Shown: piece after piece, positions 38,593-46,754 of the stretch
Layout: each line of letters begins with the position of its first letter
How positions within the stretch are numbered: the first letter of the stretch is position 1
Assembly (NCBI GenBank): GCA_041690395.1
Contig: JAWLHJ010000003.1
Location: 416,001-480,000 of the forward strand
Direction: 5' to 3'
DNA length: 64,000 nucleotides
Source: Longimicrobiales bacterium
GTDB taxonomy: Bacteria; Gemmatimonadota; Gemmatimonadetes; Longimicrobiales; Gaopeijiaceae
The notes under the pieces: model-generated
Databases searched by the model: none
Seen by the model: the letters and a program-made list of their open reading frames with translations, nothing else
What the model was told of the DNA's origin: nothing
Translations under genes and position numbers: made by a program

Positions 38593-39530
38593 GCGACGCC
38601 CGAAGTCGAAGACGATTCAACCGGCGCGGCGAGGTTAGACGCCACCTGCCGCAGCGCGCCGAGCGCACGGTCGCGGTCCGACGCGGTCAGGGTGTGCGTG
38701 GAGAAGCGTGCCTCCTCGAAGAGCCCGATGAGCCGCTCCAGGGGCTCTGACGGGATATCCAGGACGGACAGGACGCGGTGGAGGTGCTCCTTGGGTCCCT
38801 CGTAGTCCTTCCGCGCGGCGCCGCGCGTCGAGAGTTCCGTCTGCAGGCGCGCGTAAGCACCGATGATCGCGGTCCTCGGGTCCGGGTCCGCCAGCATCGC
38901 GTCGATGGTGGCGAGGATCGCCCCGCGCGCGGCTTCACGGCGCCTATCCACGTTCAACGTCGGTGTCGGGAGGCGCACACGGCGCCGTGTGGACCACCAG
39001 GTGGTCGCCACCGCGACCAGACCGATCACACCCACGATGAGCAGGAACACGAGAACGAGCGCGGGCGCGTCGGGACGGTCCAGCGCGGCGCCCTCCCCTG
39101 GCTCGGCCTCTCCGGCCTGGCGCGTGGCCGAGCCGCCCCAGTCCATCCGGAGACGTACTCCCTCCCGACCAGGCGGCAGATCCACGCTGGGTACCTGGAC
39201 ACGCGGACCCTGGTACTGCGCGAGGTCCGTCTGCGCGATGGCCACCAGGCTCACCAGGACGACCCCGACCGTCGCGGCCGGCCAAGCCCTGTGCAGGGTC
39301 TCGCGCCACGACCGGCCCGTACCACCCCCGGCGCCTCGCAGGATCCATATGACGCCGACGACCGCCACCGCGACGCACGCCACACCAGCCACCATCCCCA
39401 CGAGTCGGATGAGGGGCGCGGTCCCTTCCCTGGCTGGAGCCCACACCGACGTGTGCGCGGTGGCCGCGACCAGGCCGTAGAGCACGGTCACGCCCGCGAT
39501 CGACAGCGCTGTTGCGGAAGGGCGGGCCAC
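38589..39530 (-). CDS. DUF4129 domain membrane protein
   Basis: C-terminal 'AIIGAYARL...EGPKEHL.R...L..LFEEARFS.H'; start approximate. Confidence 0.8.
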   Translation of the reverse strand: MARPSATALSIAGVTVLYGLVAATAHTSVWAPAREGTAPLIRLVGMVAGVACVAVAVVGVIWILRGAGGGTGRSWRETLHRAWPAATVGVVLVSLVAIAQTDLAQYQGPRVQVPSVDLPPGREGVRLRMDWGGSATRQAGEAEPGEGAALDRPDAPALVLVFLLIVGVIGLVAVATTWWSTRRRVRLPTPTLNVDRRREAARGAILATIDAMLADPDPRTAIIGAYARLQTELSTRGAARKDYEGPKEHLHRVLSVLDIPSEPLERLIGLFEEARFSTHTLTASDRDRALGALRQVASNLAAPVESSSTSGVA

Positions 39531-39701
39531 CTCGTCACTCCATCCCAGGCGATTGCCACGAGCGATTCGCGTGCAGGGGGCAACCTTGCCCCAGGGTAGG
39601 CGCTCCGGCAAGCACGCCCGGGGTCCAGCGCCTACCCGTCGATTGCCCCCAACCACAGCCGACTGGCCCCGGCTCGCGGAATCCGGGTGCACAGGGTATC
39701 A

Positions 39702-39717
39702 TATACAAGATTGTATA
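39702..39717. promoter_or_regulatory. Palindromic operator upstream of PadR
   Basis: TATACAA-GA-TTGTATA perfect 7-bp arms in a very GC-rich context. Confidence 0.65.
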
Positions 39718-39733
39718 AATCATGGGAAGGGTC

Positions 39734-40060
39734 ATGAGACACGGATCACTCGGAGAGTTCGAGCACCTCGTGCTCCTCGCCACGCTCCACCTCGGAAGCG
39801 ACGCCTATGGAGTGTCGGTCTCGGAGTTCATCGAGGAGCGGACGGGCCGCAGGGTGAATCAGGCGGCGACCTACCTGACGCTTCGGCGCCTCGAAGAGAA
39901 GGAGCTCGTCCAATCCTCCATGGGCGAGCCCACCCCTGAGCGAGGAGGCCGGGCGAAGCGCCTGTTTACGTTGACAGATGCCGGTAGGGTGCAGCTCCGG
40001 GAGAAGCGCGAGGAGCTGATGGCCATGTGGGAAGGCATCCCTGAGAGCCTCGGACCATGA
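39734..40060 (+). CDS. PadR-family transcriptional regulator
   Basis: 'LGEFEHLVLLA', 'AYG', 'Y.TLRRLEEK', 'ERGGRAKR'. Confidence 0.95.
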   Translation: MRHGSLGEFEHLVLLATLHLGSDAYGVSVSEFIEERTGRRVNQAATYLTLRRLEEKELVQSSMGEPTPERGGRAKRLFTLTDAGRVQLREKREELMAMWEGIPESLGP

Positions 40061-42659
40061 GCCGCCCCCCGAGGTTGGCCGAGCGTCTCATCCGACTGCT
40101 CCTTCCGGGGGAGGAGCACGACGAGCTCCTCGGCGACCTGCACGAGCGGTTCCAGGGTGTCCTCGGTCGCAAGGGCCCGGTGCGGGCGGTTGCCTGGTAT
40201 TGGATGCAGACCTTCCGCTCGACGCCGCACCTCCTCCTGGGGTGGCTGCGCCCTGTGCCTCGGCGGGGGCGCCTCTCGACGCATCAGGGGGTTTCCTTCG
40301 CGGGGACCGGATCCCCATTCCGCATCCTCCGGCAAGAGCCCCTGCTCTCCCTCACCACCGTCACGGTGCTCGCCATCGGCATCGGCGCTCCGACGACGAT
40401 GTACAGCATCGTCACCGGGCTCCGGCAGGGTCTTCCGCTCCCGGACGCGCAAGAACTGGTCGCCATCGCACGCGTGGACCCCGTTGTCGGGGGCGCCGCC
40501 GGCTTCGACGCACTCCAGTTCGACGCGGTGCGCGAGGCTCAGTCGGCCATGGCAGGCCTGGCCGCGTACCGCCCCGTCGGAGCGCAGATCGATGGCTGGC
40601 CCGGCGCGCCTACGCGAGCCATGGCGGTGGAGCTATCGGCCCACGCGTTCGCGCTTCTGGGCGTGGATCCAGTGCTGGGGCGCCTTCCCGGTGAAGCAGG
40701 CGCCGAGCCCGGTGCACCGCCGGGGTCCTGATCGGGGAGGATCACTGGCGCGATGTGTACGACTCGAGTCCAGGAGCCCTCGGATCTACGCTGCGCATCA
40801 ACGGGGTGATACGCACGGTTGTCGGCGTCCTCCCCTCGTGGTTTCGTTTTCCCGTCAGCCAGACGGTTTGGATGCCGCTGCCGGCGAACGGGCTCGAGGG
40901 TGCTCAGGCGGACCTCGGTCGCAGCCTTCAACTCTTCGGACGCCTGCGGGACGGAGTCGGCATCGACGTGGCGCAGACTGATCTCCAGCGCGCCGCGGCG
41001 ACCCTGGCCGCGTCCCCTCAGGCGGTTGAGGGCGTCGTCACCGTACGACCGTTCCAGGAGGCCTTCCTCGGTCGAGGCACCGTGGCATCCGTCCTCCTCC
41101 TCGTCGTGTCCTTCGTGCTGATCATCGCCTCCGCGAACGTCGCAACGCTCCTCCTGGGGCGGGCCCTCGGTCGACGAAAGGAGATCGCGGTACGCATGGC
41201 GCTCGGTGGATCCCGAGGAAGGATCCGACTGCAGTTCCTCAGCGAGGCCACCGTCCTGGCCGGACTCGGAGTCGCATTCGGGATCGCCTTCGCGTGGTTG
41301 GGTGTGGCCTGGTTCGACCGGTTCGTGCTGGCGCCGTACGTGGATCTGTGGTGGACCGAAGTCGCCGTCGACCGCCAGGCCCTGATTTTCGCCGGCTGCT
41401 GTGGTCTCGGCGCGGCCATCATCGCTGGCATCGCCCCGGCGATACGCGCCTCCGACGTGCAGCTGCTGGATGCCATGAGGGCCGACGCGACCGGGGCTTC
41501 GGTGGGTCGGGCCGGAGGGCTCACGGGATGGCTCGTCTCTGCCCAGCTTGCGCTGTCGTGCACGCTGCTGATCCTCACCACCGTCCTGGTGCAGGCCGCG
41601 GCGGTCGACGCGGGATCGGTCGCCGTTCACGATCCATCGACGGTGATGACGGGCCGCTTGACCCTCGGGCCATTCGACTATCCCGACGACAACGCGATCC
41701 GAGCCTTCGCTCGAGAGGTCGAGGCGGAGCTCCGGTCCATACCAGGCGTCTCCGGCGTTGCACTCGCCACGTCGTTGCCGGGGCTTTCGACCCAGACCAC
41801 CAGGGTCGCGCTAGGGGCATCGGGGGACAGCGTCGTCGTCCAGCACCGAGCCGTGTCGGCGTCGTTCTTCGACCTGGTCCCAATGGACTTCGTGGAAGGG
41901 AGTCCGTTTGGATCCGGGATAGATCGTCCGGAAGAGCAAGGCGTGGTCGTGACCGAGGAGCTCGCCCGCCGGCTGAGCCCTTCGGGGCCGGCCGTCGGAT
42001 TGACCCTGGAGGCGCGAGCGCTCGGACCGGCTCGAGTCGTCGGCGTGATCCGCCATCCCGAGAAACATCGAGCATCTGGGGCGCCGGTCCCCCTGCTCTT
42101 TCGGCCGATCGAACGCGCGGCTCCACGGGCCTTCCATTTCGCCGCGCGCACAACGACCACGTCCGCCGCGAGCGAGATCCGCGAAGCCCTCGCCTCCATC
42201 GACCCCAACCTCCCACTGGAGCGGCTCGAGTCGCTCGAGGATGCGCACCTCGAAGCATCGGCCATCGGTCGCCGGGTCGCTGGACTGTTTACAGCGTTCG
42301 GTATCATGGCCGTGGTCATCACCCTGGCCGGACTATATGGCACGATCCTGACCGCGGCCCGCAGACGGCGGAAGGAGATGGGCCTGCGGCATGCGCTGGG
42401 CGCGTCTACCGCCCAACTCATCATGGCCGCGGCAGGGCGTCCCTTCGCGCGTCACGTCCTGGGCCTGGCCGCCGGGGTCGGGATCGCCGTGTTGCTCGCG
42501 CCGGCGTTGCGGCCTCTCGCCCGCGGCGAGGCGCTATTCGATCCGGTGTCGTTCGTGGTGGTTCCCCTGCTGCTCACGGTGGTGGCGGGGTTGGCCGTCT
42601 ATATGCCGAGCCGGCGGGCGGCAGCGGTCGATCCGGCGGCGGAGCTGCGAGGGGAATAG
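40057..42659 (+). pseudogene. ADOP-type duplicated ABC permease with single-base frameshift near 40723
   Basis: ORFs 40057-40731 and 40755-42659 are consecutive parts; adding one base restores 'PGAPP(V)VLIGEDHWRD'. Confidence 0.85.
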
Positions 42660-42759
42660 GCTGGAGCTATCCGCAGCAACCCAAAGTGAATCTGATAGGG
42701 ATAGGGAGATCTCCCGTACAAGGCGGGCGGTTACCGGAGGCAAAAGGGGTTCGCCGAAC

Positions 42760-43131
42760 TCACTCCCCTATATCAGCCCCGCGGGGCTGAATCGCCTGCA
42801 GCACCAGCCACGCAACCACCGCGAGGGTCAACATCGAAAGCCCAAGGATCGACGGACTTAGGGCGATCTGAAGCCCACCGCCGAGCACCGTGGGCTCGAT
42901 ACGACCGGCCTGCGCCACGGACCGAGCGGCCACCGCGAACCCGAGGACCGTGCCCAGCACGCCGAGCAGCGCGTTCAAGAGGCCCCACACCAGCACCGCG
43001 TGCCGCGCCCGGACGGCACCGGTCGGCCTGCGGACCGCAGCCGCGGCGCGCACGATCTGGATCAGTAGGAGCGTGGCCGCCACCAGCATCGGCCAAAGGA
43101 TGAGCCCCATGTTCGACAATAAGCTGATCAT
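42760..43131 (-). CDS. Small MotA/TolQ/ExbB proton-channel-like membrane protein
   Basis: 'LLGVLGTVLG', 'GGLQIAL...ILGL'; ATGA overlap. Confidence 0.75.
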   Translation of the reverse strand: MISLLSNMGLILWPMLVAATLLLIQIVRAAAAVRRPTGAVRARHAVLVWGLLNALLGVLGTVLGFAVAARSVAQAGRIEPTVLGGGLQIALSPSILGLSMLTLAVVAWLVLQAIQPRGADIGE

Positions 43132-43886
43132 GATTCGTCTCCCGAGGCAGGAACAGCGGACAGGAGCCACCGCAGCTCCTCCTCGACGCCCTGGGTGAAA
43201 GTGTGAGCCTGGGCGAGCGCTATCGCGCCGAAGAGCCCGAGCATTGCGATGGACAGCGTGAGCCCGGCGGTGGCAGCACCGGTCGCGAATGCCGCGGCCA
43301 CGTCGGGGAGGTCGATCCCGGCGGCAAGGCTGCCCATTGCCATCCATCCCTCGACTAGCGTCACCGTGCAGCCCAGGGACAGCGCCAGTCCGATGAGGCC
43401 CACCTGGACCACGCCGGCCCGCACGAGCATGGAGGTACTCGCGTCCTCACGGACCAGGGCTCGAAAGGCGTACCACGACAGGTGGCCAACCACGAGCACG
43501 GCCACCACGCAGAGAGGCCCAGCGGCCCGCCAAGGCACCCCGGTGGTGGTGCTCAGCGCGAGCAACGGCGCTAGAACGGCGAATCCCGCCATACCCCATA
43601 CGCCCGAGAGTTCGAGCCACCGGGCCATACGGGAGGGTGCGGGTCCTACCAGGCGGGCGTAGGTCGAGCGATGAAGGTCCGTGAGCGCGCAAGCATCGTC
43701 GAGAGTCGGTGCGAGGAGGGCGACGGCCCGCTCTCGCGCCTCCTCCGGAGCGTGCCCTTCGGCCACGAGCATCGCGACCAGGTCCTCGAAATCCGCGCGC
43801 AGCTCGCGGAGCAACACGACGCGGCGTCGTGCGGGCAAGTCGAGGTGGTCGTCGAGCTCTCGGATCATCCGCTCAGCCTCGTGCAT
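43128..43886 (-). CDS. Membrane protein with N-terminal HAAS-like helical domain
   Basis: 'LLRELRADFEDL...L.AEG..PEEARERAV' followed by several TM helices; overlaps PadR. Confidence 0.75.
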   Translation of the reverse strand: MHEAERMIRELDDHLDLPARRRVVLLRELRADFEDLVAMLVAEGHAPEEARERAVALLAPTLDDACALTDLHRSTYARLVGPAPSRMARWLELSGVWGMAGFAVLAPLLALSTTTGVPWRAAGPLCVVAVLVVGHLSWYAFRALVREDASTSMLVRAGVVQVGLIGLALSLGCTVTLVEGWMAMGSLAAGIDLPDVAAAFATGAATAGLTLSIAMLGLFGAIALAQAHTFTQGVEEELRWLLSAVPASGDES

Positions 43887-44211
43887 GATTCGGTCCTTCG
43901 AGCACTCGGATGAGGTCGAGGAAGAGCGACTTCATCTCCCGAGACTCCCCCTCGAGGTACTTCGATCCCTTTGGAGTCAGCTCGTAGACCTTCCGCCGGC
44001 GCCCCTCCGCCTCCCACCGGCCGCGGATGACGCCCTGCTTCTCCAGCCGGTGCAGGATCGGGTAAAGCGTGCCGTACTGGAAGGCGAAGGCGCCGCCGCT
44101 GTCCCGCTCCACCGCCAGGGCGATCTCATAGCCGTGAGCAGGCCCGTCGCGCAGGCACGCGAGGATGAGGAGCTCGTTAACCTGCTTGGACAGGTTGGGC
44201 TGTTGTGTCAT
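43873..44211 (-). CDS. PadR-family transcriptional regulator
   Basis: 'ELLILACL.DGPAHGYEI', 'GTLYPILHRLE..G.I', 'RRRKVYELT.KG'. Confidence 0.95.
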   Translation of the reverse strand: MTQQPNLSKQVNELLILACLRDGPAHGYEIALAVERDSGGAFAFQYGTLYPILHRLEKQGVIRGRWEAEGRRRKVYELTPKGSKYLEGESREMKSLFLDLIRVLEGPNHARG

Positions 44212-44288
44212 CGCGGAGCCTTTATTGGGTGGCGGGACCGACGCGCCTGGAGACCCGGGACATCCTTGCGCCTGCACATGTCGCCCGT

Positions 44289-44313
44289 CTATATAAAGAT
44301 TATCGATATATAG
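44289..44313. promoter_or_regulatory. AT-rich palindrome in divergent promoter (candidate PadR operator)
   Basis: CTATATA-AAGATTATCGA-TATATAG. Confidence 0.55.
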
Positions 44314-44336
44314 AGTCTCTTGGGCAAGGAGCGAAC

Positions 44337-45551
44337 ATGCGCGACCACGTAAATGGCCCACGTCCCTCACCGACGATCAGCCTCGCGGCGCTCTTGCTCC
44401 TCGGAGCGTGCGGCGGGGCGGAGACGTCGACGCGGAATAAGGACGAGATCGTGCTCGTGGCGCCCGAACAGGTCCAGGAACTGGCCGCCCCCGACGGTCT
44501 CGCGCGTGTCCTGGACATGGAGGTGACGACGGACGGCCGGATCTGGGTCCTCAACTCGGTGGAACCCTTCTTCACGGTCCTCTCCCCTGACGGACGGGTG
44601 GAGCGCGCCTTCGGCACTGAAGGGGGTGGTCCCGAGGAGTACGGCTTCCCGGTGGGGCTTGTGCGGGGTCCCGGGCCAGGCGAGGTGTGGGCCTACGACG
44701 TGCCGCGTCACGCGCTCCGCCGGGTCGGGCCCGAGGCCGACCTCGACCTGGCACTGCCCCCGGACAGCTTCCCCGCGTCCAGCGCCGTATCCTTCCACGG
44801 AGCCGGCTTCCGGCCGGCGCGCCCCTGGCTGGAGCCCGCGCCCGATGGCATCCGGCTGGCGCGGGGCCGCCCGTCTACAGACCCGTGGAGCGGGCTTCGC
44901 ATGTGGAGGGCCGACATCCATCTGCTCCGCACCGACGATACTACCGCGCGGTTCGAGCCACGACAGCAGGTGGCGGACCTGCTCGGCGATCCGGGGACAC
45001 GCTGGCCGGGGGCGACGATGTTCCTGCCCTACCCTGTCTGGAGCGTGTGCGGCGACGGCGGCCTGGCGCTCTACGACCCGCTCCGCAACGAGATCCGACG
45101 CTTCACCGCCGCCGGCGAAGAGCGCGAGCCCATCGCCCTTCCCGACGAGCGCCGGCTGGCCCTCACCCTCGAACGCTTCTACGGGATGTTCGACCTGGAG
45201 TACCGCGAGCAGGTCCCCGCGTCGCAGCGTGTGGACAGCACACAGATGCGCGCCTCCTTCGAGAGGGACTTCCCCCAGCTCGCTGCGTTGTCCGCCGATG
45301 CCTTCCCCGAGTACGCGGACCTGATGTGCACGGGCGAGGACCACATGCTCTGGCTCCAGCCGTTCGACACGGAGAGCCCCGGTCTGGGCCACGGCCCCGA
45401 GTGGTGGCGCTTCGCGCAGGACGGGACCCGCACGGTCTTCCGGCTGCCCGACACGTTCACCGCCTTCCGGTTCCGGGCGGGCCGGGTATGGGGATCGATG
45501 GTCGATTCCCTTGGGGTTCCGTCCGTGGCTTGGATCGACGTGGGTCCGTAG
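44337..45551 (+). CDS. 6-bladed beta-propeller-like lipoprotein
   Basis: AAGGAG RBS; 'LLGAC' lipobox; 'FGTEGGGPEEY'; C-terminal 'DSLGVPSV'. Confidence 0.8.
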   Translation: MRDHVNGPRPSPTISLAALLLLGACGGAETSTRNKDEIVLVAPEQVQELAAPDGLARVLDMEVTTDGRIWVLNSVEPFFTVLSPDGRVERAFGTEGGGPEEYGFPVGLVRGPGPGEVWAYDVPRHALRRVGPEADLDLALPPDSFPASSAVSFHGAGFRPARPWLEPAPDGIRLARGRPSTDPWSGLRMWRADIHLLRTDDTTARFEPRQQVADLLGDPGTRWPGATMFLPYPVWSVCGDGGLALYDPLRNEIRRFTAAGEEREPIALPDERRLALTLERFYGMFDLEYREQVPASQRVDSTQMRASFERDFPQLAALSADAFPEYADLMCTGEDHMLWLQPFDTESPGLGHGPEWWRFAQDGTRTVFRLPDTFTAFRFRAGRVWGSMVDSLGVPSVAWIDVGP

Positions 45552-45711
45552 GTATGCGACACGGCTGCTGTAAGCGCCCAAGTCACACCGGCCGGGCGTC
45601 TCCTTCGAGCGCCTTGCCCGCCCATACGGCGTCTCGGCGGCCCGTTTGGCTGGAGGTCGATCCGTCGGGCGGGTCGCAAAGGCAGCTGGACGGCTCACAC
45701 GACGGGGCCGT

Positions 45712-45929
45712 CTATCCGACGCGTGGCAGAAACGTGACACGGCGGGTGGGTGCGGCGACCGCGCGGGATGTTTCTGCCGCATACGGTGGTCAACATGCCA
45801 CGGGGCGGGATCTCGGCGGCGGCCTTGTGATCTTTCTGCCGTATAGTGTGGTCAACACCCCGATCGCCGGTCGAGGTCGTCCGATTTGGGATGTTTCTGC
45901 CACGTTCGGTCGAGCGAAGACGGCAGCGG
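45712..45929. repeat. Palindromic repeat-spacer element, copy 2 (direct orientation)
   Basis: Matches 13076-13293 at offset 32636. Confidence 0.95.
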
Positions 45930-45948
45930 AGCGAGCTCCAGGCCTTCG

Positions 45949-46142
45949 GCTGCGGTCGGCGCTCGGCGCCGATCCTCATCGGATCTGACCGATAGGGCCC
46001 CATGGAGGCGGCGGCGGTGAGCTGCGGTCGGTGCTCCACACCGATCCTCGCTCTGTCGCGGGATGGCCGGAAGGCGCTACTCGCGAGAAGCCAGCAGGCC
46101 CGCTCGGCTCTGCTGCGGTCGGCGCTGCGCGCCGACCCTCGC
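45949..46142. repeat. Three REP-like hairpins GCTGCGGTCGGYGC..RCCGAYCCTC
   Basis: Copies start at 45949, 46021 and 46112. Confidence 0.8.
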
Positions 46143-46223
46143 AGGTCTCGCGGGGGAGCGAAGCGGCGCCATGCGGCGACAACCTCCTGGCCGCTCGGTT
46201 CAAACCCCGCCGCCTCCACTCGG
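46003..46223. repeat. Element bounded by inverted copies of the tmRNA 3' end
   Basis: TGGAGGCGGCGG 46003-46014 and GGTTCAAACCCCGCCGCCTCCACTCGG 46197-46223. Confidence 0.8.
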
Positions 46224-46224
46224 T

Positions 46225-46263
46225 AAAAACAAAAAGGCCCTACCGGGGCTGACCGGTAGGGCC
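46225..46263 (-). terminator. Rho-independent terminator of ssrA
   Basis: 11-bp stem GGCCCTACCGG/CCGGTAGGGCC followed by TTTTTGTTTTT on the minus strand. Confidence 0.9.
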
Positions 46264-46266
46264 GAG

Positions 46267-46621
46267 TGGAGGCGGCGGGAGTCGAACCCGCGTCCGCGAA
46301 TGAGTCCAGCAGGATCTCTACGTGCGTAGAACGCTGAGAGGTCTCGCTACGGTGAGCCAGCGATCAGCCCGGTCCGCAGCCAGCCACCTGAAATCTCGTC
46401 TTCCGTCCTGGTGGCGCGAACGGTAGACCAGCCCGACTCGTCGTCGTCTCAAGGAGCGCCTCGGGCGGGCCCTCCAGGAGACGGGCCTACGTAAGGTTTA
46501 GCTTACGCGGCCAGCGCCATGTTGTTGTTGGCAGCTATCAATTTTCCCAAGGATTTACGAGGATCAGGACCTCGGCACGCAACCCAACTTTCACCAAACA
46601 CGTCGAAGCCGTGACGCCCCC
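46267..46621 (-). ncRNA. ssrA: tmRNA; tag peptide (A)ANNNMALAA encoded at 46503-46532
   Basis: 5' GGGGGCG...TTCGAC; 3' GGGTTCGACTCCCGCCGCCTCCA; acceptor stem with G3:U70; tag ends ALAA-stop; CCA not fully encoded. Confidence 0.97.
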
Positions 46622-46754
46622 GTGTTCGCGCGGCCGTGCTTCCGGTGGCCGGCGGTGAAGATCTTTCAAACAACCTCTTCGTGAACATCTTACACGAACG
46701 CGGGGTGGAGGGTCCACCCCGAAACGGAGCCATCGGCACCAAGGGGGACAACGG

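Noticed and set aside
40729..40731. UGA as selenocysteine read-through in the ADOP gene (selB is present)
   Set aside because: The downstream part is in a different frame, so this is a frameshift.
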